DNA of 64,000 nt from Eutreptiella sp. 'Long Island Sound 2002' (lineage: Eukaryota; Protista; Euglenida), in NCBI GenBank assembly GCA_964036045.1, contig OZ038378.1, positions 188,170,001 through 188,234,000 of the forward strand, given 5' to 3'. Position 1 is the first letter of the stretch; each line of letters begins with the position of its first letter. The notes under the pieces were generated by a model. That model was not told the DNA's origin and did not search any database. It saw only the letters and a list, made by a program, of their open reading frames with translations. Both the position numbers and the translations under genes were made by a program. Positions 1-11,379 of this stretch are shown one piece after another.

Positions 1-2659
1 CCCTGCAATGACAGCAGGGCGGACAGGCATGGCTTTGATGGCATTCCTGTGATGGGATTGGGACTGGGCCCTGGTATTGCATTTTGGTGGCCTTAGGACT
101 CTGCAGCAGCGTACAAGCCCTGAGGCTCCCTGTGGGGACCACACCAAGACAAGAAAAAAAAAAGAGACAAATGTTGAGGAATGGTAGGTTCATCCCCAGC
201 CGTCTAAACACCATGTTGTGATTTTTCCCCAACCTATTTGTCCAAAAGTCTTCAGGAAAATGCAATCTTATGGTGCATGCTGCATGTCGGAAGATACCTT
301 GCCAGCCCTGCGTGTGTGCAGTACCTCATCAAACCCCGTCAACGCAATGAGCTGCAAAGCAATGCTGCAGATACCCACTGGTTTCATTTCAACGAACTGC
401 ACTGTCAGCTTCATTGTATTTCCCCCCCAATCAAATCCATTTCTTAAACTTAGTTGTTGCACAGTGCATGCACGCACACATCCAGTGATCTGTATATCCT
501 GTTGGATTGCTATGAAAATGGTACACTTATCATGAGGGATTTCATCATAAGGTGATGTGTTTGAGGAAGTCTTTGGTAACGTTGTTCCATGCAACCTGAT
601 GAGCAGTTGCCAACATCCGTTGACAGTCCGTTCTCGTAGGGCTGGGCATTTCGATTTTGAATTTTCAAATTTCAACATCGTGTGCAGTACCCAAGTCAAG
701 GAGTGTGCAAGTGTGATCAATGGGGCTGGGTCGCCTCATTGTCCATGTACTTCCATAAACCCGCTCCCTCCTGCTTGCCTTTCCAGATGACTCCGGTCTA
801 GCTACTCTGCACGTGAAACCAGGAACCATCCTTCAGACTGCACAAGCACATACAATCCACCCACACATGCTGACACCAGTGACAAAAAAAGGGGGGGGGA
901 AACCAATGCTACACCGATGCCATGGGTTTGTTCTCTTGAGATGTCTGTGATCTATCTGAGACTGCCTCATTGCCCCCGCATTTGAATATAGCAGGACAAT
1001 GGCGAGTTTTTGTGTTGTTTGAAGGCAGCTTACAGCACATTGATGATGGTCCAAAGACAGCGTGACACTGCTGATGTAGAGTCCGCAAACCTTTTCCTGG
1101 GTGCTTTACTGTAACATACCGATGGTACACAGCGCTGGACCAGAAAAAAAATCGCGAATTGATGATGTTTATTTGCTCCTGGCTGGCTGGAAACAACCAA
1201 GTTCCATTCAAAATATCCAAAACTGCCACATCCAAATCATCATGTGCGTTTACCAATTTTGCATGCGCACAGATGGGTTAGTGAGCACTGGGGCCAGCAG
1301 AGACTGATCCGTCGATGATTGCTGCTGCTTTAGCGTTCGCAGCTTTCACAACATATCCAACTAATTTTGAGCAACAAACATTAGTTCAAGCGGGCAGTAA
1401 GAGGTCGGGTCACTGTGTGTCGTATCAGGGGAGACACAGGCTTCGGTAGCAAGTTGGGGGAGGGGGGGGGGGGCAGTCTTTTGTTCCCTCATCATAGTTT
1501 GGTGATTGTTGCTGCCACTCGGCCTTTGCATTAGCCCGCACACCCGAGCCACGTTTTTGTACATATTCCGGAACAGTCTACTTTCGACTGCCGACAAAAT
1601 GGCACCGGATGAGGTGATAATCGCTTACTTGCCCTTGCCCTTTCCCAACAAACCTTGTGTACCCTTTGGAATCCACACTGTGTTCTGCTGTGCACACAAG
1701 TTGCCACATCTGAGATTGAAAGCCGAACAGAAGGAGCACTGCATGTTGTTAAGGGTGTAAAGCCCGGATCGGCGACCACTGCAGTACATGGCCTTTTCTG
1801 TTTTGCATAATGTCTTCTGGGAAGGGAAGGTAGCGAGCAACTGTGTCGAGCTAGGGTAGTAGGGGTGGCCTAATTTTGAGAGCGTTTGGGAGGAGTCGGT
1901 CTGGGGGCTCTTCAGGGGGGAGTATAGTCTAAAAGTAGCGCACAGCGCAGTGCAATGATTCCCCCTTGGTGTACAAAACGGACAGCAGCACACCGAGTCC
2001 ACTGTACTCAGCCATATTTTGCGCTGAGCAGGCGGTATTGTGCATGCAGTTATTGCTGTACCCCGGAGTGAGGAACCCACAGGAGAACCCCATTCAGCTT
2101 CCACTGCATTGGGCAGATGCCAGTGTGGTTGTAATGTCACCCAAGCGTAAACATTTGAAGCTGCTCCTACAATGACACACAGTGCTGGACGATTCATATA
2201 TTGTGAGTAGGTGCTCCCATTCAAGAATTTTGAAGGGCGCACAATTAACCTGGAGCAGGTGAGCCTGACCCTGTTCTCTTCCGCCAGCCCAGAAATTGCA
2301 TGGATTCTCATGCACACTGAAACCTATATCCACCCTATATCCACCCACACCCATGCCCACATATTTGAAACAATACAGTAATGCTTTGGCATGGCTGTGT
2401 CTTGCAGATCTAAGGTGAGCACCCCCTGCCCCTCACCTCACTCCTTCCACTGTATTTGCTTACTGGGAATTTTGGTAGCCAACCAGCCACATGGAATAAC
2501 CCCCAATTTGGCAGTCAGGGAGAGTGTGTCGAAGCCGGGCCTTCATTTGACTGGAACTTCAAGAACAGCCACAATACTTCCCCCTGCATGTTGCCCCCCC
2601 CCCCCCCTGTGCCATTGCATCAAACAGGATGCACAATTTTGGTGGTTTGGACGATACTG

Positions 2660-2760
2660 AATGACTCTGGTACTCGTGCCAACATGTGTCAGACACTACA
2701 GCCTGAAGGCTCTCACCTTCATCTCTGCAGGTCCTGCACATTCGAAGAGAAAAAAAAGGA
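2660..2760 (+). repeat. Dispersed ~100-bp repeat, paralog of 6235-6340
   Basis: Shared ccaacatgtgtcagaca(c/t)ta(c/t)agcc(t/c)gaaggctctc...caccttc...ctgcaggtcctg(c/t)aca. Confidence 0.85.
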
Positions 2761-4687
2761 CATCACTTACAACAGCACTCTGACTGCTGCGATAATATGC
2801 TTGTTATTTTTTCTGATTCAGCTGGAGACCCATGCCAATCGTTTCAATATCATTTGCATTTTAGCGTCCTTCTTTTCTGTGGTCAGCATGGAATAGATTC
2901 CGGAGGACCTCTTTATTTTCGCTTTCTGTTGAAGACCGCTTGGCTGAGGGCGACGGTTGCTCTATCGGATGGCAGGTGGCTGACAGTCGGCATGGCGGAT
3001 TGACAGAATCGCCACAGGTTCATGCAATGGAGTCATGCTGAAATCTGATTTGTTGGATCTGAATTGAACCCCACTGAGGATGCCTCACGCACTGTGCGAT
3101 TTACGCCCGGTTGACACAGAACGATGGTGCAAATAAATGTAGCCCAAAAGTGGTCACAGGGCACCGGGCATCAGGAATGGGTGGCCAATTGTTGTGTTTA
3201 GGTAGAAATAAGCATTTTGAGGTCCACCGCAGGGGACATTGTGCATTGGAAATATATTGGTGTTACTAAGGGGGCACACTTAGTGAAATGCGCTCGCAGT
3301 GCAACTACTTGGGCATCTGGCCGTACCAGAGAGGGAGCGTTAGTGCGCAGGGCAACTTTTTTGACCCCTATCCCACAAGTGACCTTTTAGGGGGTGCATT
3401 ACGGGGGCACACGTAGCGCAGTGCAACTATTTGGGTGTCTGGCCGTACTACAGACCCATACTTTGGGATAGTGGGGGCATCATTGTTGTCCCTAGCGTAG
3501 GTTTTGACTTCCGATTTGGTCCCCTTGTTTGGGGACCCCCGAGGCTGTGGAGGTTTAGCTACTTTCATCATACCGTCCATGCTGTGAGAGGGTACGGGGG
3601 GGGGGCAACTTCGTGCCGACTATCATTGTGCTATCTGAGACAACATCTGGCGCCATGCAGACAAAAATCCTGTCATAATTGATTCCATATCATCAGATGG
3701 GATTGGCCAAGGTCATAGTTGGAATAAGCAGAATGTTACACGCATAGCAGGAGACACATTACACCTGGTCACTCCTTATCTTAGACCTCCATTGCCATGT
3801 GCCATGAGGTGAACTGTCTACCTTTCATGTTTGTCTGAGCTGTTCTGTTGCGGATTTTGGTGGCTTTGCATGAGCCCTGGGGGTCCTTGAGATGTATGGG
3901 GAGAGACCCTCAACCCATTCTCCCGCGGTACTGGTCACAATCTATGTCAAATGTTCATTGCGTGGCATGGTTTTATGAGGCAAGCAACCGACAAGGTTGA
4001 AGCCTGTGCCCTCCCAGCAGCAGCAACCCACCAGTCCCCTGGGTTTGTGCACACGCAGGCCCGAATTATGCAATTGGAGACACAGTACTTCCCTTCAGTA
4101 CAATCTCTGAGAAGTTCTTGATTTTCTGGCGCCATGTATGCTGATTCAGCCTTGTGTGTGAAACAAAGCCACTGTGGTAAGAACATCTTTTTGATGGAAT
4201 TGGCTTATCTCGGTCTTTATTGATGGTTGCTGGTTTGCTACAGTGGCTGCTGTCTTGTTTCCCACTTTGTGGGGACAGGGTGGCCCACAGTGAGATTCCG
4301 GGCCCAGAGACGAGGTCCTGTGGGGGTGTTCCTCCCAGCCCCCCCCCACCCCCAAAAAAAGAACATGCTTCAGAAGAATTTTGTTTTCCCCCCTCTCCGG
4401 TCCAAATTTGCCCTCCCCCTCCCCGTTTTCCATGACAGCCGAAACTTGGAACTGTAGGAAGTGAAATGGAATGTGCCTTCAGTGCCCATGTATACGTACC
4501 AGGTAACCAAGTGCAGTTGGTGGGTGCAGGGCTGGAAGTTTTGGCCTGACCTACACAGGCCTTGAGGAGGGCAAGTTGCCATAACAGGCTGAAGGTATGG
4601 ATCCTCAGATCGACAAAATAAGGCCAATCCAAGAACAATGAGCCAGTGTGAGAGCTGTGTGTCACATACAGCTGAATTGACCTGCTG

Positions 4688-4760
4688 AATATTGCTGCAT
4701 ATGCATACCAGGACGTGCATGTCTGGAGCACTCTTTGATGTGCATGCGGCCCAAAAAAAA
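4688..4760 (+). repeat. Dispersed ~70-bp repeat, paralog of 8795-8860
   Basis: Shared attgctgcatatgcataccagga(c/t)gtgcatgt(c/g)tggagc(a/g)ct. Confidence 0.85.
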
Positions 4761-7384
4761 CGGGGCGAACACGGACAGCCTGTAGCATGGGGGCGTTCGG
4801 TTGCATCCATTGCTTTGTGCCCCCCCAAAAGTTCCACTGTGGCAGACACTCTTTCTGCAACAGCTGGTACCAGACATAATATTATGTCTGAACATCCGAT
4901 TTTCAGCGTGTCCGATCGCTCTGGTCTGGTTACAGTGCAGTGCCTCGTGTTGTGTGTGTGTGTGTGTGTGTATGTGTGTGTGTCATACATGCAGCTTTGC
5001 ACAGCTTCAGTCAACCCAAAAAGATCTGTTCAAAAGTCAGCTTTGAAAGGATCCATTCACTGGGTGAATCTGCATATGTTTGTGCACTCAACAACAGATC
5101 GGCCTAAATGGCCCGGCAGCTCAGCTCTTCACAATTATGAATATATTGAGATGGAAACGATGGCAACAGCCTCTTAATGCAGTCACCCTGCAGGGTGAAG
5201 GCTGGACTGTCCTACATGTGCATACGATTTGCAGACTTTGCCCGATCGCTTTCGAAAAAAGGTCGATCTATGAACGCTCTCAAAATGTCAGTCCAAAGCC
5301 CTGTAGCTCTGTGCCATGCAATAGCTCTATCCATCCAACAGGCAAACTTCCCTTCAGGACAGAAAATGCAGTGGCGCATGCTACAGGGTGCTGTGTTCAT
5401 GGCAATTTTGATTTTTTTTTGCATGTGACAGAATGAGATGACCATTTTGGAAACCACAGGCACCCCTTCCTAGATGTTTGACATCATCTGTCACTTCATC
5501 CTCCATTACTTTCTCCATGACTCTTCCTCCCACAAGAGGCATCTACTTTCTCCCCACATATCACCATATATGCCCTGCAGTGACCATCTCCTGCAGAGAT
5601 GACAGATGCTGTCTTGTGACCACCGTGTCAAGTCATATCCGAAGAGCTTGCAAGGCATTGGCAGGCCAGAATAGCAGGTCACTGGTGCTCCTGCTGGTGC
5701 TGTCTTGCCCCCGTGTAAGCCATCCAGGCACATTGGAGGTCATCATAGGTGGCCTGCCCTGAGGTAGCTGCTGGAGACCACTGGGAGTCAACGACTGGGA
5801 CAACTGGGAGGGTGAAAGGCCGGTCTGTGTTGCCCCCGTGTGATCACAGAGCAGGCAGTTGTGCTTCCACAGTTGGCTGTCCATTGAACGATATGCTTCT
5901 GAGAATCTTTTTGCAGCACAAAACCATGGTGTACAGCTTGTGATCTAACCAGCAGCAGCCACATGAACGCACGGGGCCTGGCCAGGCAACCACTGAGCAA
6001 ACATAACCTAGGTCAGCCATTGTTCTGTCGGCGCCGAAGGCACCCTGCCAGTGCCACGCGACCCTCAGGGAAGCAATGGCGGGACTCAGTGCCCTCAAGC
6101 CCAAGGCCAATGCTCCTAAATATGCTCTCTCTCTCTCCCTCTCGTTTTCTGAGAATCTTTTGCCATACATGCTGAATACCCGGCAGCATCCCCTATGGTA
6201 TCACTCGAAGAAGCCTGTATTGGGTGATACTGTATGATTCTGGTCATAACACCAACATGTGTCAGACATTATAGCCCGAAGGCTCTCTCACCTTCGTCTC
6301 TCCTGCAGGTCCTGTACACTGGAAGGAGAAAAAAGAATCTTTTGCCGTCCAAAAGATTTACAACCTGAGATGCTGCACAATTTTGGAATTACTGCCTGGC
6401 ACCTCCTCAGTATTTGTGCTGACGAAAAAACACAGATGAATCTAAATCCGCCAACTGTTCCGTCCTGCTTGGGGTATTTGGGTCAAGATCCAATGGGTGC
6501 CCTAGGGTAGGAGATTGAGTTGTTTTGCTCTGTCTTATGTGCTCATGTTTTCTTGCCATTGCCAGTTGGTGTTGTGCCTTGTTCCATTTTGCTGCTGGAT
6601 TGGGTAACCCACTACGACTGGCAGATTGTGGTGAGGATATGTTGAGGTTTTGAAAGGCCCATGGTGGGTGCCGCCAGCGCGGTGCACAGAGTGCACCAGG
6701 GCATGTGCGTTTGGCTGCATCCGTGAACCCTGATGCCCATGTGCGCCGCAAGTCACCACGTTGCTCCGTTTTGAAGTCTTGGGGCTATGCTCTGCAGCAT
6801 GGTGTAAAACCCAGGGTATTTCAATGATGCAGTGTGCGCGGTGCGCCGGCGGCACCCTCATGGACTTCTGTCTGTCCCAAGGCCCAGGGCAGGGATGTGC
6901 TGGGTGCTTGGCCCACCTTTGGAGGGATGGGTGGGTGGGCATTACGGAAATCCTGGGCGGGTAGGTCATTTGGGAGAATTTGAACCCAAAGTTTAGCAAT
7001 AAAGTTTGGTTTAAACCCAGCAGGGACAACAAGTGTGTGTTGTCTCAGGGGGAGACGCCGGCTTCTGCTGCATGGGGGGTGAGGGTGGGGCGATTGACCA
7101 CCATTGGAATGATCTTGTTCCCTCTCAACAGTTTGATGATTGTAGCCGCCAGTCGGCCATTTCAATGGCCCGCACCCACCACTGTTTCCTTGGCACTACT
7201 GTAAATGTGTGTGATTTCCCGCCATCATGTACATTAGCTACATGCCGTTAGTTTGGGTCATTTTGATGCATTGCTTTTTGGAGACTGTCATGTCAATTGT
7301 TCTCATCATTTGTCATTTTCTGCTATTGTGTGTCTCATCATGCATCAGCAGGCCTGTTCATATGATGTGTGCCAGTTGCAGTGC

Positions 7385-7772
7385 ATACTGAAAACCCCCG
7401 TTTTTGCACTAAAACCCCCCCCCTTTTGTACTAAAACCCCCCGGGCTCTAAAATGCACTAACCCCCCCCCGTCTTATACTACCCCCCCCCCCCCCCCGGG
7501 GATTTTTAGTATAACAGGAGGGGTTTTGGGCGGGGGTTTTTTAGTACATTTTGGGGGTTGTTTTAGTACATTTCGGGGGGCTTTTTTTAGTACATTTCGG
7601 GGGTTTTTTTTGTACATTTCCAGGGGTTTTATAGTACGTTTTGGGGGTTTTTTTTAGTACATTTCCGGGCGGGGTTTAGTGCATTTTGGGGGGTTTTTCA
7701 GTACGTTTTTGGGGGCTTTTTAGCACATTTCGGGGAGAGTTTTTGGTACATTTCGTGCGGCTGTTTAGTACA
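7385..7772. repeat. Foldback minisatellite (~22-bp units in inverted arms)
   Basis: The left arm repeats tactaaaacccc and the right arm repeats ggggttttttagtacatttc; the orientation switches near 7490-7510. Confidence 0.75.
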
Positions 7773-7984
7773 TGGGGTGTGTGTGTGTGTGAGTGGGCTT
7801 GTGACCAAGTGGACGCATGGCTGCCACAGAGTTCCAGAGTGGGGTCTCCCGTTTAGTGTGGGGAACCCAATTTTTCTATTGTCTGCTATCTACTGTCTAC
7901 CCGCCCCCCCCACTCTCGTTTCCCCTCCCCCGAGGAGGTCGGCATGTCGAGGTATAAACGATTCAGGCGCCATATTGGGTAAGA

Positions 7985-8060
7985 GGCATGGACGGTCTAG
8001 TGGTATGCGCCATGGCTGGCGCTCTTCGTGGTTGGGGGTTCGATTCCTGGTTCGTCTGTC
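7985..8060 (+). mobile_element. tRNA-derived SINE head or tRNA pseudogene
   Basis: A-box-like GGTCTAGTGG (7994-8003) and B-box GGTTCGATTCC (8037-8047) at tRNA spacing; it does not fold into a full cloverleaf. Confidence 0.55.
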
Positions 8061-8324
8061 CGTCCAGGGGCCCGCCGGTGAGGTCCCCGCCACCGCCCCC
8101 TTCAGCATCCCGCCCCACCATCGGTACCGCCGGTGGATCGGTGGCGTGTCTCGTCCTCATAGTTTTTTTTTGTCTCGCCATGGGGTATGTTTTACTTTTG
8201 AATGTATCAGGTATGTCCACACGGGAAAACAAAAGCAAGGCACTATCCACAGCACACCTGCATCAACGCGCTCCGTCACTGGTACCGCCGTTGCGCCGCC
8301 GGAACCGCATCTCCTCCTCATAGT

Positions 8325-8397
8325 CCTCTTCAGCGGGGACTCGAACCCCCGTCTTCAGGGCGGTAGCCGGCTGCATCGCCGCTGCGGTACAGGGCCC
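8325..8397 (-). mobile_element. tRNA-derived SINE head
   Basis: The minus strand reads GGGCCCTGTACCGCAGCGGCGATGCAGCCGG...CGGGGGTTCGAGTCCCCG: an A-box-like TACCGCAGCGG, B-box GGTTCGAGTCC and an intact T-stem, but no acceptor stem. Confidence 0.55.
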
Positions 8398-10028
8398 AAA
8401 AACCTTCTTCATGTCTCCTAGCTCTTAGGAATGCTTTGTTTGGACAGAAGGTATGCACCAAAGGCTGGGCCTGTGGCCCCCTCACATCCACATTGTCGTC
8501 ACAGTCTGTGTGGCTCAATGAATGAGCATGAGCCATACACACACACACACACACACTGCTGACCCCCGCTCCGTGAGTGTTGTAGGACGAAACGACACGT
8601 TGGCCGATTGAGAGCCACCATACTGCAAGCCTGTCCAGCCGCCTGTGGACCTCAACCCCTCGTACAGTGACCTGCAGGCTAGAGGTTTTGGCCGACAAAA
8701 CACGGCCAGAAGAGGGTAACTAGGCAAACATCAGTGCAACCTGTACATACGCTGAAGTGCTCGTGGAACCATCGTATCAATGGAACTGCCGGACATTGCT
8801 GCATATGCATACCAGGATGTGCATGTGTGGAGCGCTTTGTTGACCTGCTTGCGGCCCCCCACTCTCAAATCTTCCCCATTTTTTTCAATGAAACGTGTGT
8901 TTATAACAATGCCTCTTCCGCCAAAAAAACATTCTTTTTGTAGGTGCGCCTACTATTTTCTTCATCGCATTTATTTATTTGTTGGCTAAATGACTAGGAT
9001 GGCGGTAACATCTGGCACAAATCGGCCCTATATGGCCCCCAAAATGAAAATTGACACGTTTTGGAAACCTTTCCAAAAACAATTATAGTTGTGCATATGC
9101 AATTTCACTGTAAAAATTTATTTTTAAAGGGCACTATTTGAACAGAAAACCGCAAGTGTTACCCCCCAAAGGGTCATCCCTGGGGTGGTGCCCAAGCCAT
9201 GTGCGCGACACGAACTAGTTACGGATGTTGTTGTTGTAGGTATGTTCATATATTTATCCCGAAGCACATGTTTGGAGATGTAGAATTAAGACATGATACA
9301 TCATGAGCAAAAACTAGTAAGTCGGTACACTGCTGATGTGGTGTACGGTAGTGTGATATCACACAACAGATCGATGTCAGTTCGCGTATGTTATTGCCTG
9401 CTGCATTGCTTCTTCCGCTGGGGGTAATCTTTTTTTTAGATGTGAAATCTTTTTTTTAGATGCGCTAGAATTTAAGAAAAGTGCTAAAATTGAAGTCAAA
9501 ACAACTAAAAAATGAGCAAAAACAACTAAAAAAAATAAGCAAAAACATGTAAAAAAATTTCGCATGAAAAAAGATATTCTACTAAAAAACAAGATTCCAA
9601 CAAATCCTAAAATCTAAAAAAAAGTCATTCGCATGTTTAAAAACTTCAAAAAAGCAGAATCTTTTTTTTAGATGGCCAGGTAAAAAGTGAGATTTTGGCA
9701 AGCCAGGGGTGGGGAGGGGAGGCAGAAATGCAGTTCCTAGGGGCACCCCACATTCCTGAGCGAACCCTGAAAAACAAGGCACAAAGCAAAGAACGGTAAA
9801 CAATGCCAACAAGACCGGAGCAAATGGCTGAACATTTGCAGAATGTGCTGTTGCATTACACACTACATTACATGAAGATAATCTAACCCACTTGATGGCG
9901 TCGGGACATGCCACTGTGCAAATGATGCACAAGATGCCTACCTTGTGGAGAAAAGCTAAAATGCCGTGGATTTTTTTGGACATGTCAAACAAATACACAA
10001 CCAGCATCGCTCCCTGTGTGCACCTTGG

Positions 10029-11379
10029 TCAGTCCATGTTGACCACCATCTGAAGATGTTTTGAAAGAGCAAAACTTGAGCATGAAATTATGGGCAAAAT
10101 TGTGCACCCACTGAGTAGTGCTTGAAAACAACCTCTACGAGGCAATGCCACTCGGCTTTGTGCACCGAATATTGCCTCTAAACAAAGTCCGAGCAAGGAA
10201 TCTGAACGTTGGGACTGACTAAGCAGACAGCAAGAGCTGCAAAAAATGAGCATATAATGCAGGAACGGATGTGTTGAATGCAGGGCTCTCAGGAGTTGAT
10301 CACTATGGCTGGCAGACACTGTAGCACTTTGCATTGCAAAAGAAATGAGCAACAAAAACCTGGTGGGATCACTCTGCGTTGGAAAACAGCTCCCCACTCA
10401 GCAACCACGACACACTGCTTGTGTGGACAGGCAAACAGTGGGGATCATTGTCATTCTTCTTCCATGTACTGACCACACACCCGCAGAAAGACACGCTGCT
10501 CTCTAGAAAACTTGTGGCTCGTCAATTTCTCAAAGGCCTCAGCCTGGTTCGCAGGTGAAAGGCGGATCTTAGAAAACTTGCGTGTGTCATCTAGAATGAC
10601 GTTCCAGAAATCATCACATTTTTGTTGATCGTGGCGCACGTTACCAGTGTACCTAAGGTTTGGAACCTGGTGGTTTTGAAAATAACCGGTTTCAAACGAT
10701 TATTTTTACAAAAATAACCGGTTTTGCCGATTAATAGTTTTCAAAATAATCGGTTTTTCCGATTAATTACCCTTTACTAACCAAAATCTTGCCATCCGCA
10801 GAAGAGGGCCCATACAAGTCGAAGCACAGTGATCAAAACTACCCAAGAAGTTGTAATTCACCATCGGCCATCGTTTATTGCTACCAAAGCCTTTGCTTGG
10901 AGCAAAAATCGGACAAAATGTCTACAAAATGTACTGCCGCAAAGACCCCCGAAAATTTGGAACCCTTCCGATGAATTCGTTTAAATCAGTTTTCAAAATA
11001 ACCGGTTGTGCCAATTGCTTTGAAAATAACCTCCTATTATTGCCGATAACCGGTTTTTCCGATTAATTGGTAAAACCGGTTCCGAACCCTAAGTGTACCC
11101 CACGGGCACCTTGAAACGTTTCTTGTTGATGTACAAGGCTTCACGACTTTGCGATGTCCCTGGCCGGGTATTCACCTATGCAGATGAGCGCAGGGACGTT
11201 TTTGGGCCAGTAGCTTCGTGGTCGGAGTCTGACAGGATAGATCTAACACTATTAGCACCGCTAGAAAGAGTTTTCGATCGGCCGGCCTGCATTATAGCGC
11301 GACCAGACAGGCACGCGCGCGCACACAGGCATCCGGCGATCGTCCATTCCAGTAGTGCATTGGAATTTGTCCTGTCAAA
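10029..11379 (-). pseudogene. Unidentified ORF interrupted by the MITE (gene exon or decayed coding sequence)
   Basis: Removing the MITE plus one TSD copy gives a continuous frame VNTRPGTSQSREALYINKKRFKVPVGYTGNVRHDQQKCDDFWNVILDDTRKFSKIRLSPANQAEAFEKLTSHKFSREQRVFLR. An in-frame TAG at 11178-11176 is either a 3' splice site or a nonsense mutation. A possible further GTGTGT...cgcAG intron (10480-10374) leads in phase into an exon ending at 10029. No homology recognised. Confidence 0.4.
10654..11091. mobile_element. hAT-type MITE (438 bp) with 8-bp TSD
   Basis: TIRs TAAGGTTTGGAACC and (reverse complement) TAGGGTTCGGAACC match 12/14. A perfect 8-bp direct repeat AGTGTACC lies at 10646-10653 and 11092-11099. 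Many sub-terminal AACCGGTT-like motifs; non-coding interior. An 8-bp TSD with TAGGG-starting TIRs is typical of the hAT superfamily. Confidence 0.9.

Noticed and set aside
7985-8397. Functional tRNA genes
   Set aside because: A- and B-boxes are present, but the acceptor and anticodon stems do not pair.
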